64,000 nucleotides of DNA from an uncultured virus (IMG/VR IMGVR_UViG_3300028380_000008) (taxonomy: Duplodnaviria; Heunggongvirae; Uroviricota; Caudoviricetes), in IMG/VR virus record IMGVR_UViG_3300028380_000008, one strand, 5' to 3'. The notes under the pieces were generated by a model. That model was not told the origin of the DNA. It saw only the letters and a program-made list of their open reading frames with translations, and did no database searches. Below, in pieces: positions 46,427-57,329 of this stretch. Made by a program: the position numbers and the translations under genes. How positions within the stretch are numbered: position 1 is the first letter of the stretch; each line of letters opens with the position of its first letter.

Positions 46427-48129
46427 GGGTCGTCCCGTCAGCGGGTGACGTTCGCGACGTCAACAACACGTGTGACGTGCTCCACGTCGCGCGCTCGGCG
46501 CAGTTCGACGCCAGCGACGTCCTCAAGCAGATCGTCGCCGCGCAAGGTCTCCTCGCGACCGACGCCGCGCTGCCGGCGGACGTGAACAAGGCGTACGGAG
46601 GGCAGACCGGCACGGCGTGGCTCGGCGAGGAGTCGAGCGACGTCATGGCGTGCTCGTGGGCGAAGGACGTCGACGGCGTCGTCGGGGCGCTGTCGGTCCA
46701 GCTCAAGCCGCGCGCCCGGTACCTGGAGACGATCCTGCCTGGCGACGTCCTGATCGTGTTCATGAACGACGCTGGGGACTACGAGCCGCGGAACCGCTTC
46801 GTCGGCACGCTCGTCGCCGTCGTGGTGGTCGACCGCGTCGCGGAGTCCACCACCGTCCAGCAGCAGGCGACCGTCGACGTCGTCAGCGTCTCCGCCCGGG
46901 ACCTCGCCGTCGTCCTCTCCGAGTCGTCCACGGTGTTCGACCAGACCTTCGCGCAGGTCGAGAACGCCGCGTACACGGGCGACTTCATCGCCCGGCTGTT
47001 CGGGGAGAAGAAGCAGCTCGCGCTGAGCCCGCTGGAGAACGTGCTCATCCTGCTGCTGCTGCTCTACGACGCCGACCAGACGGGGAGCGAGCTCGCGCGC
47101 TTGCAGTGGAAGCTGACCGCGTCAGATGGTTCGTCGAGCCCGGCGCAGCTGATCAGCTTACTCGACGTCACGTCCTACGTGCAGAATCCGCTGCCGTTCT
47201 ACGCGGTCGCCGAGCCTCCGGGCATCATCCAGGCTGGGAACGTGTGGTCGCTGCTGGAGAGCTACGCCAACCCGGTGGTGAACGAGTTCTTCATCGACGT
47301 GCGCGACGTGTCAGCGCAAGAGAGGAAGTTCAGAGACCTGGTCGCGAAGGCATCCAGGGATAACTTCTATGCAGACAATCCTGACGATTTGGTGAGCCAG
47401 GACACCACCGTGAAGACCGTCCTCAACAGCAACCTGTTCCGGTCGAGCTCGACGCGGACCGCCGGCGGCGCCACCGCGTCGAGCTTGGCGGACGGGACCT
47501 CGGTCGTCGCGCTCGTGTTCCGGCAGCGCCCGTACGACGCCGACGCCTTCAACGCGTTGCCGGTCACCGAGGTCGACTCCACCGAGGTGGAGTCGAGCGA
47601 GCTCGCGCGCTCATCGCACGACGTCTTCAACTGGTTCCGCGTCCGGTTCCCGGGGCTGGACGTGAAGCTCCAGGAGGTGGTCGCCGGGATCCGCACGGTG
47701 CCGCAGTCGGTCGCCAAGTTCGGGTTCCGCCGCATGGAGGCCGAGACGCGCTACATGTTCGCCTCGAGCGCCGCCTCGGTGACGTTCAGCAAGGGCAGCA
47801 CGAAGACCGACTTCGGCGACGTGTTCCGGCAGTACGTCAACTTGCTGTCGACCTGGTACGCTCAGAACGAGTCCTGGTACGCCGGGACGCTGACGATGCG
47901 ATTCTGCCCGAGCATCCGCGTCGGTACGCGCCTCCGGTTGTTCCGCCGCGGGTTGACCTACGACTTCTACGTCCAGGGCGTGCACCACTCGTTCAGCAAG
48001 GAGCCCGGGAACAGCCACAGCTCGCTCACGCTCACGCGCGGGCGCGTCGTCAGCAGCGCGACCGTGCCGCTCGTCCCGGTCGGCGACTTCCAGCACGACG
48101 GCTTCGCGATCACCGGAGGGTCCCAGTGA
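46423..48129 (+). CDS. Baseplate hub protein
   Basis: Synteny; NEFFID, KFGFRRME, IRVGTRL, FYVQGVHHSF. Confidence 0.7.
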   Translation: MRVVPSAGDVRDVNNTCDVLHVARSAQFDASDVLKQIVAAQGLLATDAALPADVNKAYGGQTGTAWLGEESSDVMACSWAKDVDGVVGALSVQLKPRARYLETILPGDVLIVFMNDAGDYEPRNRFVGTLVAVVVVDRVAESTTVQQQATVDVVSVSARDLAVVLSESSTVFDQTFAQVENAAYTGDFIARLFGEKKQLALSPLENVLILLLLLYDADQTGSELARLQWKLTASDGSSSPAQLISLLDVTSYVQNPLPFYAVAEPPGIIQAGNVWSLLESYANPVVNEFFIDVRDVSAQERKFRDLVAKASRDNFYADNPDDLVSQDTTVKTVLNSNLFRSSSTRTAGGATASSLADGTSVVALVFRQRPYDADAFNALPVTEVDSTEVESSELARSSHDVFNWFRVRFPGLDVKLQEVVAGIRTVPQSVAKFGFRRMEAETRYMFASSAASVTFSKGSTKTDFGDVFRQYVNLLSTWYAQNESWYAGTLTMRFCPSIRVGTRLRLFRRGLTYDFYVQGVHHSFSKEPGNSHSSLTLTRGRVVSSATVPLVPVGDFQHDGFAITGGSQ

Positions 48130-48953
48130 CGACGGAGTGGACCCACGACGGCCACCCCATCCAGGCGGGAGCTACGCGTGGCGAGTACGCGCTGGCGGGC
48201 GTGCGGGCGCACTTCTCGATCATGGACATGCGCGAGATGGTCGTCACCGCGAGGTACTACGTCGACGACCCGCGCAACCGATCGAAGCGGTTCGTCGAGT
48301 ACACGTGCCGCGACCTCCACACGGGGGAGCCCTACCCGGGGTGCCGGCAGCTGTCGCAGATGAGCGGGGTCGAGGACGGGGACGACAGCGTGCTCCGGCC
48401 GACGACGTCGTTCCTCTCGGGGACCACCGGAGCCACGGGCGCCCTCGCCAACGAGCACACGCCGGCGAACGACGTCGACGGGGACCAGGTCCTCGTCGGG
48501 TTCATCTCCGGGTCCCGGTCGCGCCCGGTGATCGTCGGCGTGTTCCGGCACTCCGGGTCGCAGTACGGAGCCACCGCCGCGCAGGGTGAGCGCAGGCTGA
48601 CCCAGCACAAGGGCACGAGCATCGAGATCGCGTCCAGCGGCGAGTACCGCATCAAGCACAAGAGCGGGTCGATGGTCGCTATGCTGGACAGCGGCGACGT
48701 CCAGGTGCGCCCGGCGCCGGGCAAGAAGCTGTACCACGGCGACGTCGGCGCCGCCGAGAACCACGTGCTCGGCCAGCAGCTCAAGGCGCTCATGTCGGAC
48801 CTCATCGACGCGCTGCTCGCCGCGACGTACCCGACCGGCGTCGGGCCGTCGGGTCCGATGCTGCCGCCGTCGTCCGCGACGCTGACCAACCTCAAGGCGA
48901 ACCTCGACTCCATCCTGAGCAACATGGCCTTCACGCAGAAGGACCAGGGCTGA
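48126..48953 (+). CDS. Baseplate central spike (gp5/gpV-like)
   Basis: GDQVLVGFISG..RPVIVG OB-fold; PTGVGPSGP. Confidence 0.75.
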   Translation: MTTEWTHDGHPIQAGATRGEYALAGVRAHFSIMDMREMVVTARYYVDDPRNRSKRFVEYTCRDLHTGEPYPGCRQLSQMSGVEDGDDSVLRPTTSFLSGTTGATGALANEHTPANDVDGDQVLVGFISGSRSRPVIVGVFRHSGSQYGATAAQGERRLTQHKGTSIEIASSGEYRIKHKSGSMVAMLDSGDVQVRPAPGKKLYHGDVGAAENHVLGQQLKALMSDLIDALLAATYPTGVGPSGPMLPPSSATLTNLKANLDSILSNMAFTQKDQG

Positions 48954-49429
48954 TGGCGATGTCCCAAGGAGCCCTCGCGGCCCAGCTGGTCAACCTCGCG
49001 CCGGCGGCGACCGAGGCCGCCGCGATCGCGACGCTGGCGGACGCGTACGCCGTCTTCGCCGGCGACGCCGTCGCCGGAGCGGTGCCGATCACCCCGGCCG
49101 GGGTCGGGCTCGGGAAGGCCGCGATGCAGCTCGCCCTCGTCGGGATCAGCACCCCCGGAGCTGGGTCGGCGGTGTTGACCGGCGCGGTCCAGGCGTTCTG
49201 GGCCGCGGTGGCTGGGGGTCTGGCGACGTCGTTCGCCGGCGCGACGGCGATCGTCCCTCCGCCGCACGCGGGGCTGCAGGTGCTGCTCGACGCGACGTTC
49301 GCCGCGAACACCGCGTCGCAGGCGAGCCAGGCCGCGGCCACGGACGCGGTCGCGACCGTGCTCTACAACCAAGCTATAATCGGCGGCACCGCCACGTTCC
49401 CGGGACCCGTGGTGTCGCCGATATCGTAG
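48953..49429 (+). CDS. Baseplate-region protein
   Basis: TGATG overlap; Ala-rich. Confidence 0.6.
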   Translation: MAMSQGALAAQLVNLAPAATEAAAIATLADAYAVFAGDAVAGAVPITPAGVGLGKAAMQLALVGISTPGAGSAVLTGAVQAFWAAVAGGLATSFAGATAIVPPPHAGLQVLLDATFAANTASQASQAAATDAVATVLYNQAIIGGTATFPGPVVSPIS

Positions 49430-49435
49430 CGAACA

Positions 49436-51598
49436 ATGCCGCCGTTCATACCTTCACAGCAGCCAGACGACGCCCGGGGCCGGCGCTACGCGAAGGCGTA
49501 CAAGTACGTCTTCGCGATGCTGAAGGCAGGCGAGGACCTCACGACGCTCGACCAGAACAGCGGCGCGTTCAGCGCGACCTCCATCATCGACGAGGGCCGG
49601 TTCGTGTCTCTCTCCCTGCCGCAGCAGCTGCAGCTGCGCGGCCCGTTCGCGACCTCGGTCACGGTGATGCAGGACGGAGGTAAGACGATCGAGTCCAGAG
49701 GGCAGGTGCTCAGGCCGGGGTCGATCTCCGGGACTTCAGGGTTCTTGCCTCCGAACTCGGCGGTGTCGCTGCAGCCGTCGTTCGGCCGCCTCACGCCGAA
49801 CGTCGCAGACCTCGACGGCCAGCTCGGAGCGATATCTGGATACATGCAGTTTCAGAAGCTTCGCTATTTGTTCGACCTGTACGGCGACGAGCGGAGGCGC
49901 GGTAACTTGGACGTGACGTTCTACTTCTTCGACTACAAAAACGATGATTTCTGGCGCATCGAGCCGCAGTCGTTCGACATGACGCGTTCCAGCCACCGCC
50001 CTATGTCGTACGAGTACAGCATCCAGTTTCAGTGCATCGAGCGCGCCGACACGACGGGCAAGAACGAGGAGGTCAATCCGGTGTCCGGAGCGTCGCCGGT
50101 CATCGCGGGCAACGCGCGGCTGAACACGAACAACGTCGGCGGCGCCTTGGCCAAGATCGCGGGCGGGCTGAGCGCGGCGTCGAAGACGTCGATCCTGGTC
50201 ACGGTCGCTCGGTTCGGCGACATGGTGACGAGCGGTCTCGACTTCTTGAAGCTCACGGACGCGGTCGTGCAGCGCTCGTTCCAAGCGACGCTGAACAAGC
50301 TCGACGCGGTGATCGGGTTCTTCGCGAACGTACACGACACGTTCTTCGCGCTGCTCGAGACGGTGCCGACGCTGATGGCCCAGCTGAGCAGCTCGCTCGA
50401 CGGGTTGTTCAACACCGTCCACAAGTTCGCGCCCGACAACATCGCTCAGGAGATCAACGCGTGGGCTCTGGAGGTGACGCGACTGTCGGACCGCATGATG
50501 GTCCAGGTCAGCACGCTCGTGGCCTCGCAGCCGCAGCGCGACGTGCGGGACACCGACCAGCGGTTCTCGCAAGGCCGGATGAAGCAGGGGTCGACGACCG
50601 ACCTCATGCGCGAGCCCGCCGGCAGCGCCGGCTCGCTGGACGCGAACCCGTTCATCGGGTCGTCCGGGTTGGCGCTGGTGACCGACGTCGAGAAGCTCGC
50701 TGACGCCTCGCAGCACGTAACGGTCACCATCAACGATGGCGAAGACGTGTACGCACTGGCTCGTCGCGTGTTCGGCAGGGTCGAGCGCTTCTCCGACATC
50801 GTGCTGCTGAACAAGCTGGAGTTCCCGTTCATCGTCGCCGACGCCGGGTCGAAGCCGTCGAACACGCTCGCGTGGGGCGAGCGCGTCCTCGTGCCGGCCC
50901 CCGCGAAGTCGATCGCGACCGCGTTCGCTGGGGTCGGTGCGTCCGACGCCCCGTCGACGTCCGGCGTGGTCGACACGTCCGCCTCGTTCGACAAGTTGAT
51001 CGACAGCACCGCCGAGTGGATCACGGACCAGTGGGTCGGCTACTCGGTGACGGCGACCACCGGGTCGTCTCAGCAGACGCTGGTCTGCGCCGCGAACACG
51101 GTGAACCAGCTCACGCTCAACAGCAGCTGGGTCATCACGATCACGCCGGGAGTCACGACGTACACCGTCGCATACGTCCAGTTCGACCCGCGGCGCCCGG
51201 TGACCGCGGAGACGCGGGCGTACGGCGTCGACCTGCTCGCCGTGTTCGGTGCGGACGGTCGCTGCGACCTCGCGCTCGGTGCCACGTCGGACTTCGCTAC
51301 CGCGAGGGGCCTCGACAACCTGTTCCAGGCGATAACGCTGCGCTCGCGGTGCCCGCTCGGCGAGCATCCGTTCCACAGGTCGTACGGGATGATTGCCCCG
51401 ATCGGCCGCCCGTTCACCGACGACGTCGGCGTCCTCTACTCGTTCTTCATCCGCCGGTCGCTGCTGTCTGACCGCCGCGTCGACAAGGTCCGCAACGTGC
51501 AGCTCAGCGTCGCCAACGACGTGGTCACGGTGAGCCTCGAGTTGCAGCCAGTCGACGCCCGCGTGGCGCAGCCGATCACCATCCAGGTCGGAGCATAG
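49436..51598 (+). CDS. Baseplate protein (tube-initiator-like, LysM-like and gp25-like parts)
   Basis: GEDVYALARRVFG...IVLLNKL; GLDNLFQAI...HRSYG...LLSDRRV. Confidence 0.65.
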   Translation: MPPFIPSQQPDDARGRRYAKAYKYVFAMLKAGEDLTTLDQNSGAFSATSIIDEGRFVSLSLPQQLQLRGPFATSVTVMQDGGKTIESRGQVLRPGSISGTSGFLPPNSAVSLQPSFGRLTPNVADLDGQLGAISGYMQFQKLRYLFDLYGDERRRGNLDVTFYFFDYKNDDFWRIEPQSFDMTRSSHRPMSYEYSIQFQCIERADTTGKNEEVNPVSGASPVIAGNARLNTNNVGGALAKIAGGLSAASKTSILVTVARFGDMVTSGLDFLKLTDAVVQRSFQATLNKLDAVIGFFANVHDTFFALLETVPTLMAQLSSSLDGLFNTVHKFAPDNIAQEINAWALEVTRLSDRMMVQVSTLVASQPQRDVRDTDQRFSQGRMKQGSTTDLMREPAGSAGSLDANPFIGSSGLALVTDVEKLADASQHVTVTINDGEDVYALARRVFGRVERFSDIVLLNKLEFPFIVADAGSKPSNTLAWGERVLVPAPAKSIATAFAGVGASDAPSTSGVVDTSASFDKLIDSTAEWITDQWVGYSVTATTGSSQQTLVCAANTVNQLTLNSSWVITITPGVTTYTVAYVQFDPRRPVTAETRAYGVDLLAVFGADGRCDLALGATSDFATARGLDNLFQAITLRSRCPLGEHPFHRSYGMIAPIGRPFTDDVGVLYSFFIRRSLLSDRRVDKVRNVQLSVANDVVTVSLELQPVDARVAQPITIQVGA

Positions 51599-51600
51599 CA

Positions 51601-53724
51601 GTGCCAACATCCATAAGATTCCTGACCTACCCGGAGATACTGGCGGACATGTTCGCGCACGCGCAGGCGTCGCCGGTGGCCGGCGGTCTCGGGCCGAACA
51701 TCGACCTCACGCCGGGGTCTCTGGTCCGCACGATCCTCGAGTGCTCGGCGCTCTCCGACGCCGACCAGTACGTGCAGATGAGCCGGTTGCCGAACCTGTT
51801 CTCCCTCGACAAGTGCCGCGGCGACGACCTCGACGAGCGCGCGGTCGAGATCGGGTCCGATCTCATCATCGATCTGCGGCGCCGACAGGCCAACACGAGC
51901 GTCGCCTCGATCGTGGTCGGCAACGGGACCTTCCTCAGGACGACCACGCTCGCGTCCGACGTCAACTACAACAGTGCCACGTTCGACGTGGTCGACGGGT
52001 CTGCCTTCCCGACCTCCGGGGCGATCACCATCAACGCGGGGGCCCCCAACGAGGAGGACCTGATCTACACGCGCTCCGTGAACACGTTCACGGTGGTGCT
52101 ATCTGGGACGTCGCCCGTGCTGCAGCGGAGCCACGCGAGTGGCGAGGTGGTGACGAGTGTGTCGATCCGGTCGACGCTCGCCTCGACCGTCAGCGTCGGC
52201 GCCCTCACCGCCACCCTGCTCGCTGGCACCGGGTCTGCGTGGAGCACGTCGGGGACGGTGATATTCGACCGATCCACGACGTCGCAGGAGAAGGTGTCGT
52301 TCACGCGGTCGGGCGACGTGCTGACGCTGGGGTCGCCGGCGACGTTCATCCACGCTGCAGGGTCCGTTGTGATCCAGGGGACGGACGGGACCGACCACGT
52401 CATACCCGTCGGAGCCCAACCGCGCGTGCCTCCGACGCCGTCATCTGCGCAGGTCAACTTCGTGGTGCAGTCGCCGGGCGGCACGCTGTTCGACGGCGAC
52501 TTCGTGTCCGGCCTCATCCCGGTGAGGTCGGTGCTCGTCGGCGCGTCGACGCGCGTCGGCGCGAACCAGATCACGCAGTGGACGACCCCGCCGTTCGCCG
52601 GCGCCACCGTGACCAACCCTGCGTCCGCCACGCGCGGCGCGGACCGCGAGTCCGACGACAACTACAGGCAGAGGATCAAGGACACGATCCAGAGCTTCTC
52701 CGGCGGAGGCACGCCGCTGTCGATCACCACGAAGGTGAAGGACCTGGTCGATCCGGAGACCGGCGCCTCCGTCGCGTTCGTCCAGCTCGTCGACCCGGTA
52801 TCGGCGTCCGGCCGGGGCCTCCTCTACATCACCGACGGCACTCCGGGGTTCTCGCTGGGGCAGCAGCCGTTCCTCGGCCGCGACGTCATCATCTCGGACG
52901 CTGTCACGGGGGACGCTCGAGGTAAGCTCGGCACGTACGGGCCGCCGTACAACTACTCCACGGTCGACCCCGTCGCGCCCCGCCTGTTCTCGAGCGCGAC
53001 TACGGTCCGAGGGACCTCCACCTCCGTCGGCGTGAACTTCCTGGAGGACACGACGCAGAGCATGGTGACGAACGCGTTCGCGGGCATGTGGCTGAAGACC
53101 GGCGACAACGTGTTCCGCAGCGTGCTGTCCAACACGTCCGTCCGGTTCATCTTCACGAACGGCGACGTGCCGAGCCCCGGCGTCTACTCGGTCTACGACC
53201 TCTCCGGCAGCCCGCTCACGCCGGGCACCGACTTCGAGTTCAACCCGTCGACAGGTGACCTGGAGCTCGCCGCGTCGCTCAGCACGCACGACGGGCTCGT
53301 GGCGGCGAACGACGGCGCGTCGTCGTCGCTCGGGGCGTACCTGTACTCGAGTGGCCTCGCGGCCTACGTGCAGCGGGCGGTCAACGGCGACCCCGCTGAC
53401 TTCAGCACCTTCCCCGGCCTCCGCGCGGCCGGGTCCCAGATACTCGTCGCGGTGCCGACCACGATCACGCAGGCGTTCGTCATCTCGGTCGTGCCGACCG
53501 TCGGCTTCACGGTCACGCAGCTCGTGACTCCCGTCCAGGTGGCGGTGCAGACCATCGTCAACTCGAGCGGCATGGGGGCCCGGGTGACGCTATCGGACCT
53601 GATCGTCGCCATCAAGGCCGTCCCCGGCGTCGGCGACGTCACGATCATCATGCCGCTGGCGAACATCTCGGTGCCCAGCGGAACGCTCATGCGAATCACG
53701 CCAGCTGACGTGACGCTGGTCTAA
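51601..53724 (+). CDS. Baseplate J-like wedge protein
   Basis: DLTPGSLVRTILE, GDDLD, GADRESDDNYRQRI. Confidence 0.85.
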   Translation: MPTSIRFLTYPEILADMFAHAQASPVAGGLGPNIDLTPGSLVRTILECSALSDADQYVQMSRLPNLFSLDKCRGDDLDERAVEIGSDLIIDLRRRQANTSVASIVVGNGTFLRTTTLASDVNYNSATFDVVDGSAFPTSGAITINAGAPNEEDLIYTRSVNTFTVVLSGTSPVLQRSHASGEVVTSVSIRSTLASTVSVGALTATLLAGTGSAWSTSGTVIFDRSTTSQEKVSFTRSGDVLTLGSPATFIHAAGSVVIQGTDGTDHVIPVGAQPRVPPTPSSAQVNFVVQSPGGTLFDGDFVSGLIPVRSVLVGASTRVGANQITQWTTPPFAGATVTNPASATRGADRESDDNYRQRIKDTIQSFSGGGTPLSITTKVKDLVDPETGASVAFVQLVDPVSASGRGLLYITDGTPGFSLGQQPFLGRDVIISDAVTGDARGKLGTYGPPYNYSTVDPVAPRLFSSATTVRGTSTSVGVNFLEDTTQSMVTNAFAGMWLKTGDNVFRSVLSNTSVRFIFTNGDVPSPGVYSVYDLSGSPLTPGTDFEFNPSTGDLELAASLSTHDGLVAANDGASSSLGAYLYSSGLAAYVQRAVNGDPADFSTFPGLRAAGSQILVAVPTTITQAFVISVVPTVGFTVTQLVTPVQVAVQTIVNSSGMGARVTLSDLIVAIKAVPGVGDVTIIMPLANISVPSGTLMRITPADVTLV

Positions 53725-53741
53725 GAAGAGGAACGCTCACC

Positions 53742-54722
53742 ATGGCTCTCCCGACGCCGTCCACCACGTACAGCTTCCAGATCAACCAGCGGATCACGTT
53801 CGTGTCGTTGAACGACACGTCGGCCCGTCTCATGTTCGGCGTCAAGGCCAAGCTCAAGACCAACGGCTACACCGTCAAGGGCAGCTGCGACGGGACCACG
53901 GGCGCCATGGACGGCGTAGATCGCTGGTCGACCAGCGCCAACGCGGCGACTCGCGGCGCCGCCGCCGGCAACGCGCAGAGCTGGGTCGTGCTGACGGACG
54001 CTAACGGCGTCAACGTCCTCGTCGCGTACCAGGGCGCGTCCGACGACGTCTTCCGGGTCAGCTTCAGCCCCGGCGGCTTGTTCGTCGCGGCGGGCTCGCC
54101 GAACCAGCAGCCGACCGCCACCGACGAGCAGGTCATCTGCTCGGCGACCAGCATGGTCAACAACACGGCGTCGGCCGACCGCGTCTGGAACTGCATCGTC
54201 CGGTCCGACAACCGAGGGTTCCGGGTCAACGTCGCTCGGCAGGGGTCGTGGGTCGGCCTGGTGTGGGGGGTCGAGCAGGTGACGTCGACCGTCGTGACGG
54301 CGACGTTCAACCCGCCGGTCTGGGGCTTCGCGTTCACCCCGGCCAACCTGGCCGGGACGAGTTTCAACGCGGCGTTCTCGGTGAACGCCCGCGGCGGGCT
54401 CGCGAGGACCGTGGTCGCCAGCACGCCGTTCTCCTGCCAGTGCGTCGCCGGCTACGAGGTCTGGGCCGCGTCGGTGGCGCTGTTCGGGAACACGCAGCCC
54501 GAGCTCCAGGGGTCGGTCGGGTACCTCATCCAGCCGGTGTCGATCGCGACCACCACGAGCGGTGCGCAGGGGAAGGTCGGCAACCTCGTCGACTGGTGGG
54601 TCGGTCGCTTGAGCGGCGCCGCGGACGGCGACGTGTACGGCTCCAACCAGTTCGTCGTGGTCGGCTCCGCCGGCGGCGCCGTTTGGGCGTGGGACGGGCT
54701 GACCACCCCGGTGCTCACCTGA
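53742..54722 (+). CDS. Tail-associated structural protein
   Basis: GAGGA RBS; composition and position. Confidence 0.65.
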   Translation: MALPTPSTTYSFQINQRITFVSLNDTSARLMFGVKAKLKTNGYTVKGSCDGTTGAMDGVDRWSTSANAATRGAAAGNAQSWVVLTDANGVNVLVAYQGASDDVFRVSFSPGGLFVAAGSPNQQPTATDEQVICSATSMVNNTASADRVWNCIVRSDNRGFRVNVARQGSWVGLVWGVEQVTSTVVTATFNPPVWGFAFTPANLAGTSFNAAFSVNARGGLARTVVASTPFSCQCVAGYEVWAASVALFGNTQPELQGSVGYLIQPVSIATTTSGAQGKVGNLVDWWVGRLSGAADGDVYGSNQFVVVGSAGGAVWAWDGLTTPVLT

Positions 54723-55177
54723 TGGCGACCCAGCCTGGCACCCTGCTGCCGCTCATCAACCTCTCGGCGGGAGGTGTGGCGAGGACGAGCGTCCGCGGGA
54801 CGGCGTTCCTGGTCGTCGGGGGCGTCTCGGCGACCGTGCTCCCGGTCGTATCCGTCAGCACGCCGCTGCCGCCGGCGACCACGACGACGCCGATCATCGT
54901 GACGGTCGTCGGCGGCAACATCAACGTCCCGATCCGTCGCGCGTGGATCGACGTGGCGTTCCCGGGGATCCTCGCTAGCGAGGTCGTGCACAACGGGTCG
55001 CGCTTCGGCGCGTTCTACTCGAACGGCATGAACTCCCGGGTCGCGTACGCCGACACCCTCGGGCGCGTCGGTTACAGGTACACGCTCCTCCGCGACGGGG
55101 GCTGGCCGGCGGGGTCCCTGCCGCTGACCGCGTCGTTCACGATCAACGCGGTGGACACTCTCGGCAACGGCACCTGA
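54722..55177 (+). CDS. Tail-associated protein
   Basis: TGATG overlap; LLRDGGWP. Confidence 0.6.
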   Translation: MATQPGTLLPLINLSAGGVARTSVRGTAFLVVGGVSATVLPVVSVSTPLPPATTTTPIIVTVVGGNINVPIRRAWIDVAFPGILASEVVHNGSRFGAFYSNGMNSRVAYADTLGRVGYRYTLLRDGGWPAGSLPLTASFTINAVDTLGNGT

Positions 55178-55199
55178 AAGCAACAAGCGAGGTATCGCC

Positions 55200-57314
55200 A
55201 TGAAACGCTTCAGCAAGTATAGGATATCAACGCTCGCGATCGCCTTGGTGCTCGTAGCTGCCGGGGTCGGGCGCGCGGTCGCGAACTTCGTCGACGACAA
55301 CACTGCCCTGCCGGGACCGAAGACGGACAGGATACCCGTAACCAACCCGACGCAGCAGTGGAGCGCCGCCGACGCCAACGCCGTGTTCAACGCGTTGAAC
55401 GACCTGAGGACGGTCGCGAAGCGCGGCACCGTGAACATCAAGGCGTACGGCGCGGTCGGCAACGGTTCCACCAATGACCGTGCCGCCATCCAAGCAGCGA
55501 TCAACGCCAACCCCGGCAAGACGATATACTTCCCGAAGGGGAACTACCTCGTAGACGCCACGATCACCATCAGCGCGAGGTTCACGCACCTCGTCGGTGA
55601 CTTTGGCGGGAGAGCTTCGGACGGCGGGTCCGAGATCCAGTGCGTCGGGACGGGCAACTGCATACAGATCGGCACGGACAACGGGCACGCGTGGGACGTC
55701 GGGGACTACGACGGGCCGCAGGACCACCTGATCGAGAACCTGTGGATCCGCCACGGGGCACCCGACACGCAGCTCGCCAGCATCGGTCTGCCGTGCGGGG
55801 TCGGGCTCCACTACAAGGCGGGGGCCTACGGGGTGTGGGACTGGCGCGGCGGCGGGATCGTCATGCGCAACGTCGGCCTCGAGCACTTCGAGGCCAACTT
55901 CGTCGGCATACAGTCCGACCTGAACGCGTTCTGGTACGTCCAGAGCAACTACTCGAAGTACGGCCTCTACTTCGGTCCGCGCTCTGACCAGAACCGCGTC
56001 TACTTCGCGACGTCGATCTTCTGCGACCGCGCGATAACGATCGACCGCGCGGGGCAGACCGAGATCATGAACGGGTCGTTCGTCTTCTGCGGCACGGACA
56101 CGTCCAGCCACATCGAGGTGAGGCGCGGATCCCACGGGGTGCTGCTGAGCGGCAACTGGCACGAGAACTCGGCGGCGACGGCGTGCTTCGGGTTCCAGGG
56201 CGGGATGCAGTCGTTCGTGTCCGTCGGTGAGGTTGACGGCTACGGCGCCGGCGGCTCCATCCAGTCGCCCGGGGCCGGGACGTCGACCGCGGTGGCCGGG
56301 ACGACGCTCGACTACCCGCACCTGTATAACTTGCCACCCGGCAGCGGGCACACGCTGTACCTCGCGTCCGTCGGCAAGGTGAACCAGTTCACGTTGCGCC
56401 GCCCGTCCGAGTACATCAACAGCGGGCTGTCGAGCTTCGACGCGCTCGTCGCGATCCAGTCGGGGCAGGTTCCGACGACGACCGACACCCAGGTCGCCGT
56501 CTACGACATGCCCGACACGATGACGCGGACGCAGATCTTCCAGAACCTGGGCGGAGGGGCAGTCACCGCCGCTATCCAGAGCGGCAAGGTGCACGACAGC
56601 GTCACGCTCGGCCTGGACACGACGGCGACGCACACGTTCCGAGGCACCATCGTCCAGGACGCCCCGGCGAACGGCACGGCGTTCACGACGAACAACACGA
56701 AGACGGGCCAGACGGTCGGCTCCGTCGTGTGGAAGCTCAACACGACGGGTTCGTCGTTCGACACGACGGCCGGAGCTTTGTTCCCGGTCGCGCTCTCCAT
56801 CACCGACGCCGCGACGCGCTCGGCCGGCGCCAACTCGGTGGGCAAGACCGGCTTCTCCGTCGACGTGCTCAACGGCCAGAGCAACACCGCGATAACGACG
56901 GTCCGGGGAGACAATCGCTTCAACACCACGAGCGGCATCACCGAGTTCGCCAACGCCGTCTACTACTCCAACGAGATCGCGCCCACCTCGCTCAGCGCCG
57001 ACCAGACCGACTACAGCCCGACCGGGCTCGCCAGCGCGTCGCTGATCCTCGTGACGTCGTCGGTCGCTGTGAACATCAACAGCCTCGCGCTCAACGCCAA
57101 CTCCGCGGGCGGCCGAGACCTCGTGATCCGCAACGACAACGCGAGCGGCGGCAGCAACGTGACGCTCAAGGACGAGGCCGCGGCGCTCGGCACGGCGTCG
57201 ATGCGCTTCGCCGGGCGTGCGCACGCCGACACCGTCCTCACGCCAGGCACCTCGGCCAGGCTGAGGTACTCGATCCTGAAGACGCGGATCCTCGTCATAG
57301 GAGACACGCTGTGA
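55200..57314 (+). CDS. Pectate-lyase-3-like beta-helix tailspike with signal-peptide-like N-terminus
   Basis: VNIKAYGAVGNGSTNDRAAIQAAI...IYFPKGNY. Confidence 0.8.
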   Translation: MKRFSKYRISTLAIALVLVAAGVGRAVANFVDDNTALPGPKTDRIPVTNPTQQWSAADANAVFNALNDLRTVAKRGTVNIKAYGAVGNGSTNDRAAIQAAINANPGKTIYFPKGNYLVDATITISARFTHLVGDFGGRASDGGSEIQCVGTGNCIQIGTDNGHAWDVGDYDGPQDHLIENLWIRHGAPDTQLASIGLPCGVGLHYKAGAYGVWDWRGGGIVMRNVGLEHFEANFVGIQSDLNAFWYVQSNYSKYGLYFGPRSDQNRVYFATSIFCDRAITIDRAGQTEIMNGSFVFCGTDTSSHIEVRRGSHGVLLSGNWHENSAATACFGFQGGMQSFVSVGEVDGYGAGGSIQSPGAGTSTAVAGTTLDYPHLYNLPPGSGHTLYLASVGKVNQFTLRRPSEYINSGLSSFDALVAIQSGQVPTTTDTQVAVYDMPDTMTRTQIFQNLGGGAVTAAIQSGKVHDSVTLGLDTTATHTFRGTIVQDAPANGTAFTTNNTKTGQTVGSVVWKLNTTGSSFDTTAGALFPVALSITDAATRSAGANSVGKTGFSVDVLNGQSNTAITTVRGDNRFNTTSGITEFANAVYYSNEIAPTSLSADQTDYSPTGLASASLILVTSSVAVNINSLALNANSAGGRDLVIRNDNASGGSNVTLKDEAAALGTASMRFAGRAHADTVLTPGTSARLRYSILKTRILVIGDTL

Positions 57315-57329
57315 CCCGGGAGGACTCTC

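Noticed and set aside
40968..53724. Contractile injection system or tailocin
   Set aside because: Linked portal, protease, capsid and helicase genes indicate a complete phage
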